Of a stretch of 64,000 bases of DNA, positions 48,150 to 58,432 are shown piece after piece; position 1 is the stretch's first letter, and every line of letters begins with the position of its first letter. Source of the stretch: an uncultured Gemmatimonadales bacterium. Its GTDB lineage: Bacteria; Gemmatimonadota; Gemmatimonadetes; Gemmatimonadales; Gemmatimonadaceae. The DNA lies in assembly GCA_963850905.1 (NCBI GenBank), contig CAWKMU010000003.1, forward strand, positions 2,944,001 through 3,008,000, in the 5' to 3' direction. The translations under genes and the position numbers were made by a program. Under the pieces are notes generated by a model that was not told the origin of the DNA, searched no databases, and worked only from the letters and a program-made list of their open reading frames with translations.

Positions 48150-49601
48150 GTGCGCCTGTCTCGGACCCTCTCGTCGGCCCTGCTAGCAGCGGGCACCCTG
48201 CACGCCCCCGTCACCATAGCCCAGTCTGCTGCCTCGATCTCGGACACGACTCGGGCGTATGTCTCCGTCAGCGCGCCGGTCATCGCGCTCACGCACGCCA
48301 TCATCCTCGACGGGACGGGATCTGCCCCGAAGGCTGACCAGACGATCGTCATCCGCGACGGCAAGATCGCGCAGGTCGGACCCGCAGGCACCCTGCAAGC
48401 GCCAGCCGGCGCGCAGGTGATGGATCTGCACGGGCAAACGGTGATCCCCGGCATCGTCGGGATGCACGATCACCTGTTCTACACCGCTGCGGGGGGACGA
48501 CGCACCTTGCTCTGGTTTACCGGGCCGCGCCTGTATCTGGGTGCCGGTGTGACCACGATTCGGACCACGGGCGCCATGGCGCCATATGCCGACATCAACA
48601 CCAAGGATGCGGTCGACAAAGGTCGGTCACCGGGGCCGCACATCGTCATCACATCACCCTACATCACGGGTCCGACCGAATCGTCCGACATGACGGTCCG
48701 CGAGCGCCTCGTGACGCCAGAGCAGTCCCGCCGCTTCGTGGACTACTGGGTCGAGGAGGGCGCGACGTGGATCAAGGCATACACCGACATCCACCGCGCC
48801 GAGCTCAAAGCCGTGATCGATGAGGCGCATCGACGGGGGATCAAGGTCACTGGCCACCTCTGCTCGGTGTCCTACAGCGAGGCTGTCGACCTTGGGATCG
48901 ACAACCTGGAGCATGGGTACCTGACGGCGACGGACTTCGATCCGACCAAGCAGCCCGACGTCTGCCCGGTCGGAAGCACCTCCCGCGTGGCGGGGTCGGA
49001 TCCGAGTTCGGACCGTGCGCAGGCGGTCATCAAGAAGATGGTGGACCACAAGGTACCCATGACGTCCACGCTGTCGGTGTTCGAGTCCATGTTCCCCAAC
49101 AGGCCGGTCACCGATCAGCGGACTCTCGATGCCATGTCTCCGGAAGTCCGACAAGCGTACCTGAGGCTGCGCGCTCACATCGACTCAGGTCCGGCCGTGA
49201 AATGGGTGTATACGCCGGACATGCTGAAGAACGCGATGACGTTCGAGCGCGAATTCGTGGCCGGCGGCGGGATGCTTGCCGTCGGCGTCGATCCGACCGG
49301 CATTGGTGGTGCGCTGCCAGGATTCGGCGACCAGCGCAACTACGAGCTCTTGATCGAGGCGGGCTTCACCTCACCACAAGTCATTCAGTTCATGACATCC
49401 AATGGCGCGAGGATCCTCGGCGCCTCCGACCGGATTGGCTCGATTGCGGTCGGCAAGAACGCTGACCTCGTCGTCTTGAATGGGAACTTGCCGTCAGACC
49501 CGTCGGTCATCCGGAATGTCACGACGGTATTCAAGGATGGCATCGGCTACGACTCCCCCAAGCTGATCGCGTCGGTCAAAGGACGGGTCGGGATCGACTG
49601 A
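48150..49601 (+). CDS. Secreted amidohydrolase-family protein
   Basis: IPGIVGMHDH, GVTTIRT, WIKAY, VTGH, LEHG, GSIAVGKNADLVVL. Confidence 0.92.
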   Translation: MRLSRTLSSALLAAGTLHAPVTIAQSAASISDTTRAYVSVSAPVIALTHAIILDGTGSAPKADQTIVIRDGKIAQVGPAGTLQAPAGAQVMDLHGQTVIPGIVGMHDHLFYTAAGGRRTLLWFTGPRLYLGAGVTTIRTTGAMAPYADINTKDAVDKGRSPGPHIVITSPYITGPTESSDMTVRERLVTPEQSRRFVDYWVEEGATWIKAYTDIHRAELKAVIDEAHRRGIKVTGHLCSVSYSEAVDLGIDNLEHGYLTATDFDPTKQPDVCPVGSTSRVAGSDPSSDRAQAVIKKMVDHKVPMTSTLSVFESMFPNRPVTDQRTLDAMSPEVRQAYLRLRAHIDSGPAVKWVYTPDMLKNAMTFEREFVAGGGMLAVGVDPTGIGGALPGFGDQRNYELLIEAGFTSPQVIQFMTSNGARILGASDRIGSIAVGKNADLVVLNGNLPSDPSVIRNVTTVFKDGIGYDSPKLIASVKGRVGID

Positions 49602-49691
49602 GTTAACTGGCGCGTTGGCGTCGCGTGGCGATAATCTTGGGCGCGCCCCGAGAGGGTGCAATCACACGTCCCCCCCGCCAGGAGTCAGTCG

Positions 49692-50414
49692 ATGTCCTTT
49701 GCGAATGAGACCGGCAGTCGCCGCGATTTTCTCGGACAGCTGGCGACTGCCGGAGCTGTTCTGGCTGCCGGTGCGTGCGCGACTACGGGGACCCACCCGT
49801 CGGCCGATCCCACGCCAGTCGCTACCACGGCGACTTCCGCGTCTGGTCCCGATCACGACCCTGAGAAGGACAACTCTTGGGACATGTCGTGGACCACACG
49901 GATCACGGGGCGACACAAACAGGTCTACGACATCAGCACGCTCGGCGATGGCGGAGGCCTCCGGACGATCCGGAACTATCTCAACGCCTATCGCGACGTC
50001 TTCAGGCTCAACCCTCCGGATGTCACTGCCGTCGCCGCCATGATCAGCTCGGGCCACATCAACTTCAATGACGCGATCTGGGCCAAGTATGGGTTTGGCG
50101 AGGACACCAAGACCAAAGAGCCGCACGGCGATGCGTGGACGACACGCAATATCTTCCGCACCGCCGAGGCCGGCGACCCGATGGCGGACCACACCGTGGA
50201 AGCGCTCCAGGCTCGTGGCGTCATCTTCTGGCAGTGCAACAATGCGCTGAAAGGCCTCACACGCCACTTGGCAACCAAGATGCAAATGCCGCCCGAAGCC
50301 GTCAGAGCAGAACTGATCGCTGGATTGCTTCCGGGTGTTTACCTCGTGCCAGCGCATACGATGGCGATTGGCCTCGCGCAGGAGCACGGCTGCACCTACG
50401 AAGCCCTCTCATAG
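49692..50414 (+). CDS. Tat-exported DsrE-like (lipo)protein
   Basis: SRRDFL twin-Arg, AGA-C lipobox, LQARGVIFWQCNNAL, LLPGVYLVPA, AQEHGCTY. Confidence 0.75.
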   Translation: MSFANETGSRRDFLGQLATAGAVLAAGACATTGTHPSADPTPVATTATSASGPDHDPEKDNSWDMSWTTRITGRHKQVYDISTLGDGGGLRTIRNYLNAYRDVFRLNPPDVTAVAAMISSGHINFNDAIWAKYGFGEDTKTKEPHGDAWTTRNIFRTAEAGDPMADHTVEALQARGVIFWQCNNALKGLTRHLATKMQMPPEAVRAELIAGLLPGVYLVPAHTMAIGLAQEHGCTYEALS

Positions 50415-50428
50415 CGGACCGCCCCATT

Positions 50429-50890
50429 ATGAAACGCCTCCTTCCCATCGCGTGGGTGGTCCTGCTCTCGTGGCCCGCCCGCTCCGCGCCAGCGCCGGGC
50501 GACGACCCTCGTGATCTCATGCCGAAGATCATGCACGCGTGGGACGACTTGGATCCGGCCAAGGCGGCGCCGTACTATGCGAAGGATCCGGATCTCGTGT
50601 TCTACGACGATTCGCCGCTCAAATACACGGGGTGGGAGGCATACGCCCAGGGCGTCCGCAAGGAGTTCGCTGGGTACAAGTCCTTTGCGACCACGCTCGA
50701 GAATGACGTATCGGTCCATACGGTGGGCGACAACTTTGCGTGGGGGACGGCTACCTGGCGCGCAGACGCGGTGAAACGCGATGGGTCGACGGAGACGGTT
50801 TACGGCCGGTGGACGGTCTTGTTCGAGAAGCGAGCGGGGAAGTGGCTGATTGTCCACGAACACGTCTCGGTGCCGGCCCCGGAGGACTGA
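50429..50890 (+). CDS. Secreted SnoaL/NTF2-like protein
   Basis: Signal peptide; RWTVLFEKRAGKWLIVHEHVSVP. Confidence 0.85.
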   Translation: MKRLLPIAWVVLLSWPARSAPAPGDDPRDLMPKIMHAWDDLDPAKAAPYYAKDPDLVFYDDSPLKYTGWEAYAQGVRKEFAGYKSFATTLENDVSVHTVGDNFAWGTATWRADAVKRDGSTETVYGRWTVLFEKRAGKWLIVHEHVSVPAPED

Positions 50891-50892
50891 GT

Positions 50893-51867
50893 ATGCCGAA
50901 GCGCGGTCACGCGGTACCGAAGCGGAAGCGGTTGTCCGAGCCGCATCCCAAGCCGATCAATGCGCTCGAGTTCCCCCGGTTCGCCGGGCTCGCGACCTTC
51001 ATGCGCTTGCCGGCCATTAGTGAGGCCGACCGCCTCGACGTTGCGCTCATCGGCGTGCCGTTCGATGGAGGCACCACGTATCGTCCGGGCCCGCGCTTTG
51101 GGCCGCGCCATGTTCGCCAGCAATCGGCGATTATCAGGCCCTATAACCCGGTGCTCGACCTGATGCCGTTCGACGTCGTGCGGGTCGCCGACTACGGCGA
51201 CCTGTCCGTCAACCCGCTCTCGATCGACGATACGTTCCAGCGGATCGCTGCCGGTCTCGCCCCCGTGCTCGAGGTGGGCACGATCCCAATGTGCGTCGGG
51301 GGGGACCATTCGATTCTGTTGCCGATCCTGCGGGCAATCCACGCGGTGCACGGGCCCGTCGGATTGATCCAGCTCGATGCCCACTCCGACACGTGGGATC
51401 AGTACTGGGGCGTGAAGTACTCCCACGGAACCCCCGTGCGGCGCGCCATCGAGGAAGGCCTCCTGGACGAATCATGTATCCTCCAGGTCGGACTCCGGGG
51501 TCAACTCTACGACGCGCACGACATGGACTTTGCGCGGGAGCACGGGATCGACTTCATCACCGCCGAGGAGTACCACGAAGGTGGTGTGCCCATGGTGCAG
51601 AAGCACCTGAAGGCCTTCCGCGGCCGAAAGACCTATCTCAGCCTCGACATCGACGTCGTGGACCCCGCATTCGCGCCTGGCACTGGGACACCGCAAGTCG
51701 GCGGCCTGTCGAGTGCGCAGATACTCGATCTGGTGCGAGGGCTCTTCGGCCTGTCCTTCGTCGGGTGCGACCTCGTCGAGGTCTCTCCGCCGTACGACTC
51801 CGCGGAAATCACCTCACTGCTCGCCGCGAACCTGCTGTTTGAGCAGCTGTGCCTCCTCTGCGCATAG
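50893..51867 (+). CDS. speB: Agmatinase / ureohydrolase family
   Basis: GVPFD, GPRFGP, GGDHS, DAHSD, SHGTP, SLDIDVVDPAFAPGTGTP, DLVEVSP; exact substrate not determinable. Confidence 0.88.
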   Translation: MPKRGHAVPKRKRLSEPHPKPINALEFPRFAGLATFMRLPAISEADRLDVALIGVPFDGGTTYRPGPRFGPRHVRQQSAIIRPYNPVLDLMPFDVVRVADYGDLSVNPLSIDDTFQRIAAGLAPVLEVGTIPMCVGGDHSILLPILRAIHAVHGPVGLIQLDAHSDTWDQYWGVKYSHGTPVRRAIEEGLLDESCILQVGLRGQLYDAHDMDFAREHGIDFITAEEYHEGGVPMVQKHLKAFRGRKTYLSLDIDVVDPAFAPGTGTPQVGGLSSAQILDLVRGLFGLSFVGCDLVEVSPPYDSAEITSLLAANLLFEQLCLLCA

Positions 51868-51917
51868 CAGCCCACTGACTGACCCCAGCCGTTCCCGACG
51901 ACCGTCGATCAGCGATT

Positions 51918-51945
51918 TTTCTAGCGTCCAGCGTCTAACGTCCCG
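51918..51945 (+). repeat. Heptamer array (CGTCYAR) just before the permease start
   Basis: tttctag cgtccag cgtctaa cgtcccg. Confidence 0.8.
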
Positions 51946-51958
51946 CATCTCAACCCCC

Positions 51959-53329
51959 GTGACCGAGCCGACGTCTCGTCAACTCGCCCGCAAACTGAGC
52001 CTGACCGATTACTTCTCGCTCGGTTTTGGCGTGATGATCGGCGTGGGCTGGCTGGTCGTCATGGACGACTGGCTCCTGCGCGGCGGCCCGGTCGGCGCTC
52101 TCCTGGGGTTTGCGGCCGGCGCGGTGATGCTCCTCCCGGTTGGCTGGGTGTATGGTCGCCTCGTGAAGGCGATCCCGGACGCGTCGGCGGAGGTGGCCTA
52201 CACGGCCAAGGTCTTTCCTCGGGGCGTGAGCTACGCGACGGGGTGGGTGATGCTGCTGGTGTACTTCGTCGTCTGCCCATATGAAGCGGTCGCGATCGGG
52301 CGGATTGCCGGTTATCTCGTGCCGGCCCTCAACACGATTGAGCTCTACCGGGTTGGCGACAGCAGCGTGTACCTGCCTCATTTGCTACTCGGTCTCGTGC
52401 TGACCGCGGTGTTTGTGGCAGTCAACTGTCGGGGGGTGGCTCTCAGTGCACGCTTCCTGAGGTGGACGACATTTGCGGTGCTCGCCCTTGTCGCTGCCTT
52501 GGCGGCCGGTGGTGCGACGCACGGCTCACTGGCCAACTTCCACCCGGCGTTCAGCCATTCGCCGGCGCTCTCCGTGCTGCTGGTATGGCAGATCGTGCCC
52601 TATTTCCTGACCGGCTTCGACTCCGTCGGCAAATGCGCCGAGGAGGCCAATCCGACCTTCAAAGGTGATTCATTCTCGACTGCGGTGATGCTGTCGCTCC
52701 TGGTCGGGTTTGCGTTCTACGCCGTCGTCATCGCGTCGGTCGCGTATGCGGCGCCCTGGCAATCACTCACCCACGAACCGTTCGCAACGGCGGTCGCATT
52801 CGAGCACGCCCTTGGCTCGCGTTGGATCACTCGAGTGATCATGGGGACTGCGTTGATCTCGTTGTTGAAGATCTTCAACGCCAACTTGTTGACGGCGTCT
52901 CGCCTCCTCTTCGGACTTGGCCGGCGCCATCTCGTGCATGCGAGCCTCGCGCGCGTGCACCCGCGCTATCAGACTCCCTCGCTCGCCATCCTCTGCGTCG
53001 GCGTCGCCATCGCGCTCGCGCTCTTCATGGGTGACGCCATTCTCGTTCCCATCTCGGAGGTCGGATCGGCGGTCGGAGCGCTCGGCTGGATGGCAGCCTG
53101 TGCGGCATACTACAAGCTGAGTCCGACCGCCGGTGGACGCAGGGTCGCAGTTACAGGCATTGTCGTGACGCTGCTCATGGTTCTCATGAAGGTCCTTCCA
53201 TTCGTCCCCGGTCACTTCACGTCGAGCGAATGGCTCGCTCTAGCCGTTTGGTGTGCCTTGGGATTGCTAGTAAAAAATCGCGCTCCAGCCGAGGCTCCCG
53301 ATGCGGCCGTAGTTGCTCAGACGCGCTGA
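51959..53329 (+). CDS. APC-family amino acid permease
   Basis: LARKLS..YFSLGFGVMIGVGW, GFDSVGKCAEE, RVHPRYQTP. Confidence 0.92.
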   Translation: MTEPTSRQLARKLSLTDYFSLGFGVMIGVGWLVVMDDWLLRGGPVGALLGFAAGAVMLLPVGWVYGRLVKAIPDASAEVAYTAKVFPRGVSYATGWVMLLVYFVVCPYEAVAIGRIAGYLVPALNTIELYRVGDSSVYLPHLLLGLVLTAVFVAVNCRGVALSARFLRWTTFAVLALVAALAAGGATHGSLANFHPAFSHSPALSVLLVWQIVPYFLTGFDSVGKCAEEANPTFKGDSFSTAVMLSLLVGFAFYAVVIASVAYAAPWQSLTHEPFATAVAFEHALGSRWITRVIMGTALISLLKIFNANLLTASRLLFGLGRRHLVHASLARVHPRYQTPSLAILCVGVAIALALFMGDAILVPISEVGSAVGALGWMAACAAYYKLSPTAGGRRVAVTGIVVTLLMVLMKVLPFVPGHFTSSEWLALAVWCALGLLVKNRAPAEAPDAAVVAQTR

Positions 53330-53337
53330 GGCGAGGG

Positions 53338-53392
53338 TTCGACGTTGGACCGTAGACCTTAGACGTTGGCGCTAGGACATTGGCGCTAGGCG
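53338..53392 (-). repeat. Degenerate heptamer array in inverted orientation after the permease stop
   Basis: ttcgacg ttggacc gtagacc ttagacg ... ctaggcg. Confidence 0.75.
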
Positions 53393-53453
53393 GTTGGTGA
53401 ACAAACACCGAGTTTGCACACGCTTTCGACCGTTCCGGACCGACCATGGACCG

Positions 53454-53688
53454 GTAGGGGCGACGCATTGCGTCGCCCTCCGTGCACCGACCATGAACCG
53501 ACCGGTAGGGGCGACGCATTGCGTCGCCCTCCGTGCGTAACACGAACCTTGACGTACAAACACGAACCCGCATCGGGCGGGTAGGGGCGACGCATTGCGT
53601 CGCCCTCCGTGCGTAACACGAACCTTGACGTACAAACACGAACCCGCATCCGGCGGGTAGGGGCGACGCATGCGTCGCCTCCGTGCGT
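53454..53688 (+). repeat. Cluster of four GTAG-type REP palindromes
   Basis: GTAGGGGCGACGCA(T)TGCGTCGCC at 53454, 53505, 53581, 53657 (spacing 51, 76, 76). Confidence 0.9.
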
Positions 53689-53800
53689 ATCACGAACATT
53701 GGGGTAAAAAGCAGGCGTACCCTCGACTTTTCGCGGGCGTGCGGCAATTTCCGTCGACGGGTGGCGGTTTCCTGGAAAGGCGTCAAACGGTGAGGCACAC

Positions 53801-55529
53801 GTGCGAAACGTCTGGTTGGCCTGTGGTGCTGGCCTCGTGGGTAGCGGTTTGGTCGCCTGCACGGCGACTCGGACTCCGGCGCCGATCGCGTTCTCCGTGT
53901 CGGTCCCCGACGCGGTGCGGAAAGAATGCGCTGACCGGTCGAGTATTTGTGTTCATTAGTCACGACTCAACCCCTGAACCTCGCCTGGCAGCCGGTGGCG
54001 CGAGCGGGAGCGCGCCAACGCCGTTCTTTGGTATCGATGTGGATACGCTGCCGTCGGGTCAGGCTGCGGTGGTCAGCGACACCACGCCGGGATACCCGGT
54101 CGCGTCCCTTCGCGCCCTTCCTGCCGGCGACTACTACGTGCAGGCCCTCGCGAACGTCTACACTGAATTTCATCGAGGCGACGGACACACGATCTGGGCA
54201 CACATGGACCAGTGGGAGGGTCAGCATTTCACTCGCGCACCCGGGAACCTGGTGAGCACGGTTCAGCGCGTGCATCTCGACCCGGCGACTGGGTACGACG
54301 TGCGTCTTCAGCTCACCCGTGTATTGCCACCGGTCACCCCGCCGCCCGATACGAAATGGGTAAAGCACATCAAGATCCAGAGCGACCTGCTCACGAAGTT
54401 CTGGGGCCACCCGATGTACATCGGCGCGGTCGTGCTCCTGCCCGACGGATACGACGCGCAGCCGAATCGGCATTATCCGGTCCTCTACACGCAGGGGCAC
54501 TTCGGGTTGAACCCACCCCTTGGATTCTCCACGGACAGCACCCCGGAACCGGCGCGTATCGTCGCGGCGACCGCCGGCTATCATCGAGAGAGCGGCTTCG
54601 CATTCTACAAGGAGTGGACGAGCCCGAGCTTCCCTCGCGTGATCGCGGTCACGTTCCAGCATCCAACGCCATACTACGACGACTCGTATGCGGTGAATTC
54701 GGCGAATAACGGCCCGTACGGCGACGCCATCATGCAGGAGTTGATCCCATACGTGGAATCACACTTCCGCATCATCGCGAAGCCCTACGCCAGGGTCCTT
54801 TCCGGTGGGTCGACGGGTGGATGGGAATCGCTCGCGTTGCAGCTGTACCATCCGGATTTCTTCGGCGGGACTTGGACCGCTTTTCCAGATCCCATCGATT
54901 TCCGTCACTGGGGTCTGGTCGACGCGTACAGTGACACGAACGCGTTCTTCGTGACGGGACACGTCAACATTCTCTTCAGCCCGGTGGGAGACTGGAATCA
55001 CCCCGAGCGTCCGTTTATGCGGTCGAATGATGGCCAACCGCTTCTCACCGAGCGGCAGCAAAGCCAGCTCGAGGACGTTCTTGGCAGCCACGGGCGATCA
55101 GCCGAGCAGCTCGAGATCTGGGAAGCGGTGTACGGGCCAGTCGGCGATGATGGGTACCCGAAGCCACTGTGGGACAAGCGCACGGGCCACATCAACCACG
55201 ATGTGGCGACCTACATGCGTGACCACGGATTCGACCTGCGCGCGTACTTGGAGCAGCACTGGGCGACACTCGCGCCCAAGCTCGCCGGCAAGATCCACGT
55301 TGACGTCGGCGACATGGACAATTTTTATTTGAACCTCGGGGTCGTGGATCTCCAACAATTCATCGACACGGCGAAAGGGCCTCGGCTTGGCGGCGACTTC
55401 CATTACGGCAGGCCCGCAATGGGACATGGCTGGCACCACGCGACCAATGGCGAGCTGGTGCGCGAGATGGCGGCCGCGATCGGGTCGCACGCGGCCAAGG
55501 GCTACGTCGACCGGGCCGGATCGCCCTAG
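53801..55529 (+). CDS. Lipoprotein putative esterase (alpha/beta fold) with apparent +1 frameshift near 53925
   Basis: GAGG RBS and GTG 53801 give MRNVWLACGAGLVGSGLVA-C; removing one A joins it to ALTGRVFVF; GGSTGGW nucleophile elbow. Confidence 0.85.
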
Positions 55530-58264
55530 GCGGCGCGCGGTCGGGTAGTTGTTGCCGCCGCCCCGCTCTCGGCCATTTCCGCGACCTCCACGAACGCGCG
55601 TTTGCCAAGCTCGAGCAGTTGCTCGGGAGTCGTGCACGCGAACAAGTCCATGCCCCTCGCGACGACACCCGTCCACCCGGTCTGGTGGCTCGCGCCGACG
55701 CCGGCGCCGTTATCGCCGTGAAAGTACTCATAGAACAGGACGTGATCGCGCCAATAGGGATCGTCCTGGAATTTGCGCGCACCACCGTACACCGGCCGCC
55801 GACCATTGGCGTTCCGCAAGAAAACGCTCTCGAAGCGCCGTTGAATTTCCTTGGCGACGTGAAAGAGCGTCATGAAGCGCCCTGAACCGGTCGGACATTC
55901 GATGGTGAAGGAGTCGCCGTAGTATAGGTAGTACTGCAGCAGCGCCCGGATGATGAGCGCATTCATCGGCGCCCAGATGGGTCCGCGCCAATTGGAGTTG
56001 CCACCGAACACGCCTGAGTCGGACTCCGCGGGCAAATAGGAAACCCGGTACTCCTGATTTCCCGAGCGGAGCACATACGGATGGTCGGCATGGTAGCGGG
56101 ATAGGGCGCGGATCCCGTAAGGACTCAGGAACTCGTTCTCGTCGAGCATGCGTGCGAGCACGCGCCGCAGATTTGGCTCGGCGAGGATCGCCGCAAGCCG
56201 GCGGCCGGTGGGTCCGATCGTCACGGGATCGTGGATGAACGTCCGCAGCTCCGGGCGCGCTTCCAGGAATCCGCGAATCCTCGCTCCCAGCTCGGGAAAC
56301 CGTTCCAGGGCCTCTCCCTCGAACACGGTCGCGGCACACAGGGGCACGAGGCCGACCACGGACCGCACCTTCATCCGTTCTGCGCGGCCGTCTGGCAGCT
56401 TGAGCACATCGTAGAAGAACCCGTCTTGATCGTCCCACATCCCTACGTCATCGCCGGCGTGCATCAACGCCGTCGCGATCCACAGGAAGTGCTCTGTGAA
56501 CTTGAGACACATGGGGCCGTAGGCCGGGTTGTGCAGCGCGAGCTCAGCGCTGATCTCCATCATGTTCTGACAGAAGAGCGCCATCCACGCGGTGCCGTCG
56601 GCCTGCTCGATGTATCCGCCAGTGGGGAGCGGAGCGCTACGGTCGAAGACTCCGATGTTATCGAGTCCGAGGAATCCACCTTCGAATGCGTTGTTGCCCG
56701 TCCGGTCCTTGCGATTCACCCACCAGATGAAGTTGAGCGACAATTTCTGGAATGCGCGCTCGAGCCATTCGACATCCCCATGCCCCTGACGGGCCTGTTC
56801 GAGCCGGTAAGTGAAGATGGTGGACCATGCATGCACAGGCGGATTGACATCGCCAAAGTTCCACTCGTACGCCGGAAGCTGCCCATTGGGGTGCAGATAA
56901 CTGCTCTCGAGCAGCAGGTCGAGTTGGTGCTTGCCGAAGTCGGCGTCGACCAGTGTCAGTGCCAGCACGTGGAAAGCGAGGTCCCACGCGGCGAACCACG
57001 GGTACTCCCACTTGTCCGGCATCGACAGCAGGTCGCAGTTGTAGGCGTGGTGCCAGTGCGTGTTGCGTGGCGCATTGCCACGGGTGCCTCTGAATGGATC
57101 GGCACCGTGCTCCTCGAGCCACCGATTGACGTCGTAGTAGTAGAACTGCTTGGACCATAGCATGCCCGCCAGTGCTTGACGCATCACGTTCGTCTCATCC
57201 TCGCTAAGCGAGGAGGGGATGATCGATGCATAGAACCCATCGGCCTCGTCGCGGCGGGCCTGCATCGTGGCGTCGAAGTCCGGTCCGAAGGGCCTGGTCG
57301 GCGCCGGTTCGCGGAGCCTAAGACGAATCGTTCGAGACTCTCCGGGCTGGATCACCAGGGAATAGTGAGCCGACGCTTTCGTCCCCGTGTGGTTGGGGTT
57401 TGTGGCGCTCTGACGTCCGTTCACCACGAAGTCGTTGATGCCATCCTTGACGTACGGCGTGCGATTGGCAGTGCCATCGAGGCGTTCCGTGTTGGTCTCG
57501 TTCTCGGTGAAGAGCAGCTCGTCGGCTCCTTCACATGCGAGGATGTAGTCCCCGAGTCGCACGTGGGACGCCGTGATCTCGCGGGGCGCGGTCCCCCGTA
57601 GTACCGGAGCAGGGACCTGCACCCGTGGACCGCCCGCAGTCCACGTGTTGCGGAACCACAGCGTCGGCAGTACGTGCAGTGGCGCGGCATCCGGTCCCCG
57701 ATTGTGGATCGTGATTTCGATCAGCATGTCGTCTGGGGCCGCCTTGGCATACTCGACGAACACGTCGAAGTAGCGATTTTCATCGAAGATGCCCGTGTCC
57801 AGCAGCTCGTATTCCAGGTCGGTGCGCGACCGCTCGTGATTGGTCTTGACGAGATCCAGGTACGGATAGGCCGCCTGAGGATACTTGTACAGATACTTCA
57901 TGTACGAGTGCGTCGGCGTGCTGTCGAGGTAGAAGTAATACTCCTTCACATCCTCGCCGTGGTTGCCCTCGGAGTTGGTCAACCCGAAGAGCCGCTCTTT
58001 GAGGATCGGATCTTTCCCGTTCCAGAGCGCAAGGCCAAAGCACAATTGCTGTTGATCATCGGAGATGCCCGCCAGCCCATCCTCGCCCCAACGGTAGGCG
58101 CGCGAGCGCGCCTGGTCGTGGTTGAAGTAGTTCCACGCATCCCCCGAGGGGCTGTAGTCCTCGCGAACCGTGCCCCATTGGCGCTCGCTCAGATATGGTC
58201 CCCACTTCTTCCACGGGACGTTCTTGCGTGTGGTCTCTTCAAGTCGAGCCTGTTCCGCAGACAT
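55526..58264 (-). CDS. MGH1-like / GH63-related glycoside hydrolase
   Basis: WGPYLSERQWGTVREDYS, SMPDKWEYPWFAAWDLAFH, GGNSNWRGP, FYEYFHGDNGAG.GASHQTGWT. Confidence 0.93.
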   Translation of the reverse strand: MSAEQARLEETTRKNVPWKKWGPYLSERQWGTVREDYSPSGDAWNYFNHDQARSRAYRWGEDGLAGISDDQQQLCFGLALWNGKDPILKERLFGLTNSEGNHGEDVKEYYFYLDSTPTHSYMKYLYKYPQAAYPYLDLVKTNHERSRTDLEYELLDTGIFDENRYFDVFVEYAKAAPDDMLIEITIHNRGPDAAPLHVLPTLWFRNTWTAGGPRVQVPAPVLRGTAPREITASHVRLGDYILACEGADELLFTENETNTERLDGTANRTPYVKDGINDFVVNGRQSATNPNHTGTKASAHYSLVIQPGESRTIRLRLREPAPTRPFGPDFDATMQARRDEADGFYASIIPSSLSEDETNVMRQALAGMLWSKQFYYYDVNRWLEEHGADPFRGTRGNAPRNTHWHHAYNCDLLSMPDKWEYPWFAAWDLAFHVLALTLVDADFGKHQLDLLLESSYLHPNGQLPAYEWNFGDVNPPVHAWSTIFTYRLEQARQGHGDVEWLERAFQKLSLNFIWWVNRKDRTGNNAFEGGFLGLDNIGVFDRSAPLPTGGYIEQADGTAWMALFCQNMMEISAELALHNPAYGPMCLKFTEHFLWIATALMHAGDDVGMWDDQDGFFYDVLKLPDGRAERMKVRSVVGLVPLCAATVFEGEALERFPELGARIRGFLEARPELRTFIHDPVTIGPTGRRLAAILAEPNLRRVLARMLDENEFLSPYGIRALSRYHADHPYVLRSGNQEYRVSYLPAESDSGVFGGNSNWRGPIWAPMNALIIRALLQYYLYYGDSFTIECPTGSGRFMTLFHVAKEIQRRFESVFLRNANGRRPVYGGARKFQDDPYWRDHVLFYEYFHGDNGAGVGASHQTGWTGVVARGMDLFACTTPEQLLELGKRAFVEVAEMAESGAAATTTRPRAA

Positions 58265-58432
58265 GAAAACCCCCCTCGCCACCCGTTGGAGAGCAGCCGG
58301 TTCATAGCGGCATCGGGCTCAATCTTGGATGGCGAGTGGTACTCGGACATGTAGCCACTAGTACCTACTCGTCGCGCCGCCGCGACCTGCCACGCCGGGG
58401 CCGGCTGCGCAATGGCCGAGTTCGCAGCACCG

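Noticed and set aside
53454..53688. CRISPR-like repeat-spacer appearance
   Set aside because: Spacers are unequal in length and two are near-identical; the repeat is a GTAG hairpin with a solo copy elsewhere; no cas genes in the window
53915..53935. Programmed ribosomal frameshift in the esterase
   Set aside because: No canonical slippery site; the same GAATG context recurs in two unrelated genes, favouring error or mutation
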